Below, piece after piece: positions 1-10,948 of a stretch of DNA of 64,000 bases (position 1 is its first letter; each line of letters starts with the position of its first letter). Below the pieces are notes generated by a model. The model saw only the letters and a list, made by a program, of their open reading frames with translations, was not told the origin of the DNA and did not search any database. Origin of the DNA: the human T2T-CHM13v2.0 reference genome, Homo sapiens; NCBI RefSeq assembly GCF_009914755.1, contig NC_060928.1. One strand, given 5' to 3'. A program made the position numbers and the translations under genes.

Positions 1-59
1 TGTGTTGTGGCAGGAAGCAGAGGCGAGGTGGACAGGGTGGAAGGGTCACTGTTTGTCAA

Positions 60-495
<436 letters not shown>

Positions 496-659
496 TAGGA
501 CCCATTTACCTGGGAAATACATTTTAATGGAGTAATTCACATGGTTTGATGTTTTGGTCGCTTTTATTAGTCGTCATTATTACGAAACATGTCTCGAACA
601 CCTTCTTCTGTGCAAGGTATTCATATTAGTTGCCCGAGGAGATATCAACAAAATGAAGG

Positions 660-790
660 ACCCATAAATTATAAGACATACCACTATTTTATGTTCCACC
701 AAAAAGGAAAAAAACTGCTGCCAATGAAATTGTAACACGATGTTATTTTTTGAGTCTTATTATTATTTGTTGGAAGAGATGTTTCAAATG
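660..790. mobile_element. Possible Tc1/mariner-type (Tc2/Kanga-like) DNA transposon remnant
   Basis: attataagacataccactattttatgttccacc...ctgctgccaat resembles old Tc2-group elements (from memory). Confidence 0.3.
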
Positions 791-942
791 TATTGAGATT
801 AAATTTCATCCTCTATCACTCTGTGTATAGAAAAAAGAAAGAAGTGAAATTAGTTGGCTACAATATTCTTAAAATTCTTCACCTGCAGTGTTCAGCTCTT
901 CTGAATGACATTACTATTTAGGGTTTGACAGTCATCCTTTAT

Positions 943-1095
943 CTAGTGTTTCCCCAGTTGGGTGTGCATCAGCATTACCAGGAAAAGTGGAGGAAATGGA
1001 GGCCCGGGCCACATGCCGTTCCAACAGGCCTGGAGCTCTGTATTCCTTGTTGGTAACCAAAAGATCCTGAGACCCCCAAAGAGGAGGAAACGCTG
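943..1095. mobile_element. MER5A-like hAT MITE remnant
   Basis: tagtgtttccccagttgggtgtgcatcagcattaccagg ... ggaaacgctg, degenerate TIR-like ends. Confidence 0.45.
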
Positions 1096-1408
1096 CCCAG
1101 CACATCAGGAGAGATGGCACAGCAGCGCTTCTGAAGTGAGTGCCCGCTTCTGTTTTCAGTATTTTTTGTATTCGGTGAGTTTTCACAGACATGCATATGA
1201 CAAGGTTGACACAACTGCCATGTGCCTGGCAGAGACATTGTTTCTGGGATATTAGAAAAGACATACGATGGGAACTTTACAAAATATGCAAGAAGTATAT
1301 GAATGATAATAACTTGACTTCTATGAACAGGAACTAAGTAGATTGTGGCACAGCCACGCCATGGGAGATGCTCAGTGTTGAAAAGTCATTATGTAGAATG
1401 ATATTTTC

Positions 1409-1585
1409 CACAGGGTGTTCCAGGACAGGCTATTCTACAGGGGCACCACAGGCAAAACAAGGTTGGGAGATCCTGCAAACCATGCCCCTTGCCTAGAGTT
1501 TCAGAGTGCGCTCAGCATTCTGAGAGTTCTGAGAACGCCGGGAGTATAAAGATTTTACATTTTAAGCTAGAATTTTCCAATTATG
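1409..1585. mobile_element. hAT/Charlie-like DNA transposon remnant
   Basis: aaggttgggagatcctgc...cagcattctgagagttctgagaac...ttttccaatta resembles Charlie-family MITEs. Confidence 0.4.
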
Positions 1586-1595
1586 GCATTAAAGA

Positions 1596-2025
1596 AAGAA
1601 AAGGAAAATAAAAACTCGAGACCCCAATTCACGATGCCAAAGGAAAAAATTAAGCTGAAAGCTGAGTCATGCAGGAAGCTGCTTTTCCTTTTTGTTCCTA
1701 AGCAGAAGCTACAGATAGAAGGTTTGATATCTCCACAGGTAGCTACTCTGTGTTTGCCTTATCTTACGTAAAGTGCCGTTTTACGGAGTGTCAGAGGAAT
1801 ACGTACTGACTCTTCCCCTGCCCGCTCCTTTCCTCTTGCAACAAGTGGATTCAGTGATGTGACCATACCTTCCTTCTTTCCCCTCCGGCCTCCTTTTCCC
1901 CTTTATGTACCGAAGTCCTCAAAATCATCTTTGGAGAAAGGCATGTCTCCCAGGCATGTCCTTAACCTTGGCAAAATAAGCTTCTAAATTGATTGAGACC
2001 TGTCTCAGATGCTTTTTGGTTTACA
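1596..2025 (+). mobile_element. MER4C-like ERV1 solo LTR
   Basis: aaaggaaaataaaaactcgagaccccaattcac...aagctgagtcatgc ... gagacctgtctcagatgctttttggtttaca (CA terminus). Confidence 0.85.
1939..1961. promoter_or_regulatory. Candidate p53-family response element (two perfect RRRCWWGYYY half-sites, 3-bp spacer)
   Basis: AGGCATGTCT-ccc-AGGCATGTCC. Confidence 0.4.
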
Positions 2026-2768
2026 ATGTTCACATTATATTTTAAATAAACAGCAACAACAATAAGCCCATAAAAATGTATGGTGGCACCATTCCATTTT
2101 TGTAAGTAAAATTTTGGATATATAGTCATAGGAAAAAGACAGGAGGTACACTCAACAATAACAATGTTTAATAACGAGGGATTGAGTTATGTATAAATTT
2201 TCTTTTGTTTATTTGTATATTCTTTAATAAATTGACACATTTTCTGAAAGAAAATGGTTATTAAAAATAGCAATAGTAAACTGACTTTATGAAAAGTCAG
2301 AGAAAGATTTGAGTTTTCCTGATATGTTCCGTGGAGGAAGCTTTGATGAATATTAAAAAAAATTCAGTGAGAAGATGGAGACTTGTTTTATGAAACTTCT
2401 CAATTTCCACGAGACAGGAAAAAAAGTGTTATTAGTCACACATCACAGTCAGAGGAAAGAAGAACAGAATAAATTGGGCATCATGTGTAATTTTTCTGTG
2501 GTCTTTTTCAAGGCCGTGCATGCATGAAATAGAACATTTTAAATCAACAAGTCAGGCTGGTTTGTCTGCGGTTCGATAAAAAGGCCAAGCAGAGAAGCCC
2601 GCTGATTGGATCTCAGAAATTCGTGAAGCTACTAAGGGAAGTCACCTTAAAGATAGCAGCTGATACCGTATCTTAGGGTAGGAATACCTCTTACAAGTTA
2701 GGTCATCTTGGGCAGCCTACTTAACTCTCAGGGTCCTCATTTTTTTGTATCAAAATGGCCATGGTTAC

Positions 2769-3224
2769 TGCATTTGCTCCCTGGAGGTGTCGTAGCAAAG
2801 TACCCCAAACCGGGTGGCTTCAAACAACAGACATTTTTCTCACAGTACTGGAGGCCAGAAGTCAGCAGATGAGGTGTGGGCAGCCCCATCCTCTCTCTGA
2901 AGGCTCCAGGGAGGATCTTTCCTTGCCTCTCGCTACTCCTGGCTGCTGCCAGCAATCTTGGTGTTTCCTGACCTGGCTTGTGGCAGTGTAACCCCAATCT
3001 CTGCCTCCATCTGCACACACATCTTCCCTGTGTGTGTCTGTGTACAGATTTCTCTTTTCTTATAAGGACAGGAGTCATTGAATGAGGGCCCACCTTAATC
3101 CCTATGACCCCATCTTGCCTTGTTACATCTGCAATGACCCTATTTCCAAATAAAGTCGCATTCACAAGTCCTGGGGTTAGGACTTCAAAGTATCTTTTGA
3201 GGGGACACAATTCAACCCATAACA
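2769..3224 (-). mobile_element. MLT1C-like MaLR solo LTR
   Basis: caaagtaccccaaaccgggtggcttcaaacaacag ... ggggacacaattcaacccataaca; 5-bp TSD gttac/gttat. Confidence 0.88.
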
Positions 3225-3974
3225 GTTATGGTGTTACAGCTATAATCCTTTCTGGGAAAAAAGCTGTTGTTCCCTATGCAGTTGGGTCTGTGAAAAACCA
3301 ACTCAGGGACAACTCAACTGAACTCAATTCATACATCGAGGAATTCCCAGGATGCTGGTGGAAAAGATCAATTAAACTGCATCTCTGGATGCTTTTTTTT
3401 TTCTTTTTACTGAATTGGCAGAAAGACTCCTCTGCTAGATTTAGAGTGAATCTACCATTATAAAATTGAATCAACAACAAAAAGGGATAGGTGTGATATG
3501 TTGAAAAGATTCTACCAAATCTCCTCTAGACTGATTGCTCTTTTTAGAAGAATCTTCCAGGGTAACATCTCCCAACCCACACTCTCATGCCAAAGTGCAT
3601 CCTGGCCCCACACGGGTGGCAGGCGGGCTGATCCCTACACATGGTTTCTGAGATTGATCAGGGGGCTTCCAGGTTCTCTTCAGCCATCAGTTTCTGAGAG
3701 GAACACCTGGGATTTCATTGCATCTCCAAATACAGGCACTGCTTCTTAATTCAGGCTCTCCGAGATTCTGCACCCTCCCCTGGGTATAGGTCAGGTCCTA
3801 GTAGCAGCTTCAGACCACCAGTAATCTAAAGCAGTTACTGCAGCTTTCAAAGGCCTAAAATCTCAGAGAATTATTAGGCACATGGGGAATATCTTTATTT
3901 GTTCATTTTGTTCTGTTTTTTGTTTTTTTTTTTTACTGTACTGAGTATCATTTATAATTTCAAAACAGTGCAAT

Positions 3975-4190
3975 AACAGTCAATGTAATTTATTTAGCAG
4001 ATTACCATGTGCCAGGCACTAGCTACAAGTTTTAGAAATATTAAATCTCTTCCTTATAGAAAACCTGCCAAACAGGAATTATTTTTATTTGACAGGTGAG
4101 AAAATAGGCTTAAAAAATGTATGACTTCCAAGGTTAAAGAATCACCTGATTTTAATACTATGCAGAATTTCTTACTTCAGCACTGTTTTA
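3975..4190 (-). mobile_element. MIR SINE
   Basis: ttaccatgtgccaggcact ... tttgacaggtgagaaaataggctt ... tgacttccaagg (antisense MIR core). Confidence 0.7.
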
Positions 4191-5474
4191 ATGAATTGTC
4201 TGTAAATGTAGAAACTCCTGTTTGTTTTATTTGGATCAGATTCCTGAAAGTCGATCAGAAGGAAATGGTGATGTTCCCAGCATTTCTGTTATTTTTCTTT
4301 TTGCCATTGATCTAGGATAAATCATTTTGATCACTTTTGTTGCAGTTTCTGTATCTCAGAATACTGGTATTATATTTTTTGTTGTTCTCAGGTCCTGTGC
4401 ACAGGCCTGTGGGAGGGGAGAAAACATTATCATGATCTAGAGGCTAGATTACTTTATTAGCAGCAATACCACTTGAACATCTAACTACAGAGTCACTCCT
4501 GAGGTTAATGAAACAATTTTTGTTTCCAGATGTTCTTTACATTGGGCCTAAGTCCACTGTGAAGAAAAGAAGAATGGTTTTGATTTTCTCGGTTGCGATG
4601 ACCTAGCTGGCTCAAGACTTCCTCACTCGGTGGCTATAGACTATCTTCACCTGAAACTCCTACAAAGTGAAACATCCCAGGTCACTCCAGGAAGTCTTTC
4701 TGCGGTTAAACAAGCTGGCCTGAAAGCATTTAAAGTCCATGGCTTACCAAGCCAAACAAGAACTCCATTCAAGCAAAATCTAAGTGGAGAAGCATCGTTT
4801 CAGTCAGCCACATTTTAATCAGCGACACCTCATGAAATGTGGACTCAGACAAAATATTTTAAAATTCATTTTGCCACATCAATGCATTTATATCATAAGC
4901 AATATCCCTCAGAGGTCATGTGCTCTGCAGAAGTAGGGGGATTTTCTCCACAGTTTTTCTTCATATTGAGGACTTGGTGGAAATGTTTTCACTCAGAGTG
5001 GCCCCTCAGGCACCCTCACCTAGCTGAGGTGCCTATGCTCATCGACCACTACTACCTGTTCTTCAAGCTACCCTGGTCTACGATCACCACAAATCCAGGA
5101 CCTGAGCAGAGCCTATCAGCATGTCATGGAAATCTTTCTGGAGTTTTCTTATAAATCTTTTCTTTTTTCTTTGCCCTGTGCATTATTCATAAACAAGTCA
5201 TCCTAGTCTCTAAACAGAACAAGTTGGTCCTGTGAGCTACTGAGGATATGCAAATGTACTGCAAGACACACTTCACAATGTGTGAAATTATGATTACCTT
5301 GCAAAATCAGGACCATCAATATATACTGTTTTTTCTCTTTTTTCACCTAATTCACTGGGTCAGTAGGAAAAAAATGGAAGGATAAGAGGCCAATGAAATC
5401 ACACTAATTTATTCAACAAATGTTTTTCCTGACTTCTGTGATGTATAGGGCACTGTAGTCAGGTGAAATAACAG

Positions 5475-5690
5475 TAAAATGGGAATCAGAAGACAGGATT
5501 TACTATAAAATTGATCCCTAATTATGTTACCATGAGCAAATTCCTGACTTTATGTCCCTCGGTTCTTTTATTTGTAGATTGGGAGTGATTTAAGCATCTG
5601 CCCACTCACAAACTATTATGAGGATCAAATGAATCTTTTTACTTGTGAGATAAAGGACAATGCAAGTGACATGCAGTCGTTTTCCTTCTC
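5475..5690 (+). mobile_element. MIR SINE
   Basis: gggaatcagaagacagg ... ccatgagcaaattcc ... cctcggttctttta tttgtaga ... ttatgaggatcaaatga. Confidence 0.6.
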
Positions 5691-5721
5691 CACTGCTACC
5701 ACTGTACCCCACCCCTGACTA

Positions 5722-6999
5722 CGTCATCATCATCATCACCATCACCACCATCATCACCACCATCACCATCATCATCATCACCATCATCATCATCACCATC
5801 ATCACCATCATCATCACCATCATCGCCATCATCATCACCATCATCATCATCATCACCATTGCCATCATCATCATCACCATCATCACCATCATCAGAATCA
5901 CCATCATCATCATCACCATCATCACCATCATCACCATCATCATCATCACCATCACCACCATCATCATCACCATCATCACCATCATCACCATCATCATCAC
6001 CATCATCATCATCACCATCATCACCATCACCATCATTACCATCATCATCACCACCATCATCATCACCATCATCATCACCATCATCATCATCATCATCATC
6101 ACCATCATCATCACCACCATCATCATTATCATCACCATCATCATCATCACCATCATCACCATCATCATCACCATCATCACCATCATCACCATCATCATCA
6201 TCACCATCATCATCACCATCATCACCATCATCACCATCATTGTCACCATCATCATCATCACCATCGCCATCATCATCACCATCATCACAATCACCATCAT
6301 CATCACCATCATCACCATCATCACCATCATCATCATCACCATCACCACCACCATCATCACCATCATCACCATCATCATCATCATCACCATCATCACCATC
6401 ATCACCATCATCATCACCATCATCACCATCATCATCATCACCATCATCATCATCACCATCATCATCACCATCACCATCATCACCATCATCACCATCATCA
6501 CCATCACCATCATCACCATCATCATCACCATCACCATCATCACCATCATCACCAACATCACCATCATCATCATCACCATCATCACCATCATCACCATCAT
6601 TGTCACCATCATCATCATCATCACCACCATCATCATCACCATCATCATCACCATCACCATCATCACCATCACCATCATCATCATCATCATCACCATCATC
6701 ATCATCACCATCATCATCACCATCACCATCATCACCATCATCATCACCATCATCACCATCATCATCATCACCATCACCATCATCATCGTCACCATCATCG
6801 TCATCATCACCATCATCACCGTCACCATCATCATCATCATCGTCACCATCATCAGCGTCACCATCATCATCATCGTCACCATCATCAGCGTCACCATCAT
6901 CATCATACCATCATCATCATCATCACCATCATCACCATCATCATCATCATCATCGTCACCATCATCATCATCTCATCACCATCATCACCATCATCATCC
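5722..6999. repeat. ~1.28 kb (CAT/CAC)n trinucleotide-based tandem array
   Basis: About 425 triplets, CAT interspersed with CAC and rare CGT/CAG/TGT variants; triplet phase unbroken until ~6906. Confidence 0.99.
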
Positions 7000-7002
7000 T
7001 CT

Positions 7003-7402
7003 TCATTAGGTTTGTTCTCTAAAAACACGGTAAGGAGGGGATTTACTGAAGGGGCTTTGGGGATGTGTCCTTAGTTATCATATCTGTAAGGGAGCAGGAG
7101 AGGAAAAATTGGACAAAGGGAGAAAGTAAACTTTGATAAATCTTCAGCAGAGGCCACAGGATGCTATGGTGCTGAGATAACACCTTCTAGTTGCCCCAAA
7201 GGAAGACAAGGAGCCTGGACCTTGGGAGCCCTGCATCCACCCACTGCCTGCAGGCTGCCCACACTAGGAGACGCAGAACCAGAGGAGGCCATTCTTGGAG
7301 ACAGACTCACTTGTGAGCCCTCAGCAATGCACACTCTGGGAGCTGGGTGAGTGGACACCTTAGTTCTGAAAGGGAGAGATGAGGGATTGTAGCATCCACT
7401 AA
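7003..7402 (-). mobile_element. LTR16A-like ERVL solo LTR
   Basis: ttggacaaagggagaaagt...ggtgctgagataacaccttctagttgcccc...ctgaaagggagagatgagggattgtagcatccacta. Confidence 0.6.
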
Positions 7403-7403
7403 A

Positions 7404-7432
7404 ATCATCATTATCATCATCATCATTATCAT
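7404..7432. repeat. Short (CAT)n microsatellite
   Basis: atcatcattatcatcatcatcattatcat. Confidence 0.9.
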
Positions 7433-7704
7433 GGGCTTGAAATGGCCTTCAAGAAATCCTTGAAGGCTCCTGGTCATTTCGTTTCTATAATACAACAAAG
7501 AAAGAAAAGACAGAGTTTCCCTGACAGGTAGCACAAAATTAAAAATATTAGAGCTTAACCTCAGGGAAGGCAGGGAACCATGGCTCGCCCACCGATCACA
7601 GCAACACGAGATCCTAAATGTCCCAAGTGGCAGACACTGTACATCAATTCCATATCAAATATCCCTCCTCCCCACATCAATTGCCCCTCTACTGCCATTC
7701 CTTT

Positions 7705-8320
7705 TATTGAATGATAGATTCCCAGGGTGGAAAAGGGCTTTGCAGGTCAGGCGATTCAAGTCACTATCCAGCCACACTCCAAGATGGGCCATCCCCTGTG
7801 GTGGAGGCAACTACAGTTTCAAGCATCCTGTTCTTTTCCAGAGACTTCTCCAAGTGTGGCTGGAATCTGCCTTCTCACAGCTTTTACCATTATTGGTCCC
7901 ATTGCTATGCTATGGGACAACACAGATCAGATTTAATCCATCCTCCATATGTGACACATACATATTTTGGAACTGCGCTTTTTTTGAAATGTGCTCAGTT
8001 TCCAAAACTTGTTCCTTTTCAAAGCCAAAACCTGGCCTCAATCCTTGGAATATCTTCTTTTCCTCTTCAATTGCGAAGATTGCTCCAAGTTTTTTCTAAT
8101 CCATGTAAAACAGGATGGGGCAATCATCATACTCTTGCTGTTGGGCCCCTCTATACATGTGGTCTAATATTAAAATACTGGACTCTCAGCTCCATGGGTA
8201 AACGGTGTGAAGTGGTTGGCAAATCAAGCTCTGTTTTTAAGCCATATCTTCCCTATCCTTGTACTAATGCAGCTGGCTTTTTTGAACAGTAGCATAGTAT
8301 CTATGAGATCTGTGTGAAAT
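7705..8320 (-). mobile_element. L3/CR1 LINE 3' fragment
   Basis: ggaatctgccttctcacagcttttaccattattggtccc...gggacaacacagatcagatttaatccatcctcca...ttttcaaagccaaaac resembles the antisense CR1/L3 3' end. Confidence 0.6.
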
Positions 8321-10479
8321 GCAGATTCCAGCTATTGAGATCTTGGTGTATACTAATCTTTTTTCAGGATTTTTTTTCAGTACCATTAATGTGATTACAT
8401 ACACACAAAGTGAACAGAAATATTGGCCAGAACAATAGAAAGTAGAAAAGAGAGAAAGAATGAGACAGAGAGAGAAAAGCTCTGTTATTCCCATCCCCAT
8501 CCCCGTTCCCACTAGACACACAGACACACAAACCAAGAGATGGCTTTAAAGGAATAAATGAGGCAGAGTGAGCATCTCTCCAGAAGGTAGAAGAATGAGT
8601 TTTCTTTTAAGTTTTGCTCTTAATTTCTGGCACATAGTCATTATTTATTAAATGGGAACACCTACTCGGTACTTACACATCAAGCTAAAACATCCATGAA
8701 AAATTATTTCATAATGTCACAATATATTTTTTCATAAATTCTTAATTCCAGCCATCTGCTCTATACAACCCATGGTTGCTAATTTCTCTACCCAACTTCT
8801 TTAGTGCTACCAAAAATGCATGGCTCAAAATAAATAATTGGATTTTTCAGATTTAAATCTTCAGCTCAAATGACTTTACTGAATTAGGAGAAAGAAGAGT
8901 ATGGGAAGGATACCTAACACTCCTGCATTCTCTATATATTAATTAAATTAAAAATTTAAATTTCCACTATAATTTTCCCAAGAGTTCCAGGCCCCAGGTA
9001 TGATATAGTGTTAAGAGGCACAGTTGTAATCGCATGCCATTTGATTATACATTTGTACTGGTGATTTTTCCAAGTCAAACGGTGACTTCTTCACATTTTT
9101 TTCTTTGATTTCCCTGATTACTATTATTAACCTAGATGTAGCACATTGAATGGTGCTTAGGAAAATAGTGAGAAAATGCACATTCTGGTTGGCCCTCTAG
9201 ATGCTCTCAAATCATAGTTTGGAGAATGAGCCACTAAGCTATTGGAATTTTCCCAATGAATGGATTTGCAAGATGACCATATAGAGGTCTGAAACCCAGC
9301 ACACATAGGTGCTGTGAGGTGGGTCAGCACATTTTTGCCACCTAGCTCTTTGAATCACCCACTATCTGATTTTGAGTCTGCAAATAGAAAATGGTTATGG
9401 AAGGAAGCAGCTGAACAAATATCATCATAAACGCTGAAGAAGTAGGAGCATATCTTTTGTGTGTTGGAAGAGGCCCCCTTTTGATCTCTGAAGTGCAACC
9501 AAATTAAGAAAGGGAGTGGCTTCTTCGGGGAAAGTAAAAGCTCATGGCCAAAGGATCAAGAACATTTTCTCAGGATAGAGACTTGCTAGTTCCATTGCTT
9601 CTTTTTTCAAGTGTAACCCAAATGTCTTGGGTTGGTGCTGTTTGTTGAAGTAACATGGTTAATTATTTACCTTTCTCACCATTTGGCTAAGATTCTTTTC
9701 TTATCAAATTGCCCTGTCTGAACCCAAAACAAACACCCTCCTGAGGGCGGTTAGCCATCACCTTAAGCTGGGTTTGTGTGAGGGTGGCTGGACATTTTTC
9801 TACTATTTTTCTCACGGCCTCTGTTGTTTCCAGTAGCCATTCTGCTAGAAAGGCCCAGAGCTAACTTGTGCTACTATATGGGTACTTAGGGTTTGCTGTG
9901 ACTTGGTTCTTTTTTATTTTTTTAGACCTGCTCTTTATAACTCTTCCTTATTTGGGCGCTATTCTAATTCCTCCATTCAACACGGTGTTTCAGATTTCAC
10001 TAGAGAAAGTAGCCTTTTATCTTCTCAAGGTTTTTCTGCCATTTGAACTTTTGATCGTACACTTGATCGTACACTCTAAAATGGACCCAACATGGTCATC
10101 TAGAACTGGGATGATTTAGTCATTAAAAATAATTAGACAGCAAAAGGGATATTTTGGGCTCTTCTCTTCTTTCCTCCAAGACTCCTACAGGAGCAGATTG
10201 CTCTGGCCAAATGTGGCAGAAGAAGAGCGGGTAGGTGGGGTGGCTTCAATCCACAGAGGCTCTGTTGCTGCAGCAACTTTCAGTCTAAATTCCATGCCCA
10301 GACGAGGCAGCTATTCTTAGCCTTGACTTTGGAAATAGTTTTCTCCCTTCTTCAAGTACATCACTCTTGACCTTTTATCTTTACTTTAAAGGTCTTGTGC
10401 AGCTGAATCCTTTATTTGTTTCCTCAAATCATTTTTAGGAACAAGGAAGATGTTAGAATAGGAAAGGAATAACAAATGG

Positions 10480-10720
10480 ATAGGGCCCTGAGGGGTTAAA
10501 TCACCTGGCCAGATCACACATTGAGTAAGCAGCACCTGCTCTCCTTCAGTGAGTCCGGCATTCCATGAAGGGTTACTAAGTTTTTATTATGCCGCAGGTA
10601 TGTGGACGGGTGTTGGCCATGGAGTGGTAACCAAGACAGAGTCCTTTCCCTCAGGGAGCTTACAGTGGAGACTGAAGGACAGTTCTCTTGACTCCTAAAG
10701 TTCTATTCTTTCCACTACAC
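10480..10720 (-). mobile_element. MIR fragment interrupted by an L2 3' tail (~10555-10670)
   Basis: ctgaggggttaaatcacctggccagatcacac | accaagacagagtcctttccctcagggagcttacagt | cttgactcctaaagttctattctttccactacac. Confidence 0.55.
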
Positions 10721-10807
10721 TCTGAGATGTTACCAGTGCTTTAAAAAATACATTTCCTATTTTTCCAAATAGGACTGAACTGAGGCAAAACTGTGAAGTC
10801 AACAAGA

Positions 10808-10948
10808 CCTCAATGCTGTCATCTCTAAAGTGGAACTAATACTAGCACCTTATTAAAATGGTGAAAGATTAAATGAAGTAACTCCTTCAAAGGGCTTAGC
10901 ATAGTGTCTGGCACATACTAACTGTTCAATAAATGTTAAATAGTATTA
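10808..10948 (+). mobile_element. MIR SINE 3' half
   Basis: tcatctctaaagtgga...gattaaatga...gcttagcatagtgtctggcacata...tcaataaatgtta. Confidence 0.75.

Larger units (their letters stand above)
1300..2240 (+). mobile_element. Old L1ME-type 3' end, split by an hAT remnant and a MER4 LTR
   Basis: L1ME-like text at 1300-1408 (gattgtggcacagccacgccatggga) resumes at 2026 (aatgttcacattatatttta...ggaaaaagacaggagg). Confidence 0.45.

Noticed and set aside
2737-3463. 157 and 119 aa ORFs
   Set aside because: They fall within or overlap the MLT1C LTR and are chance open frames.
5660-7022. 449, 395 and 387 aa ORFs (poly I/T, M/V, S/P)
   Set aside because: They are trivial consequences of a stop-free trinucleotide array, with no promoter, splice or homology support.
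7707-8292. 193 aa ORF and overlapping ORFs
   Set aside because: They lie antisense to a decayed L3/CR1 fragment and show no recognisable domain.
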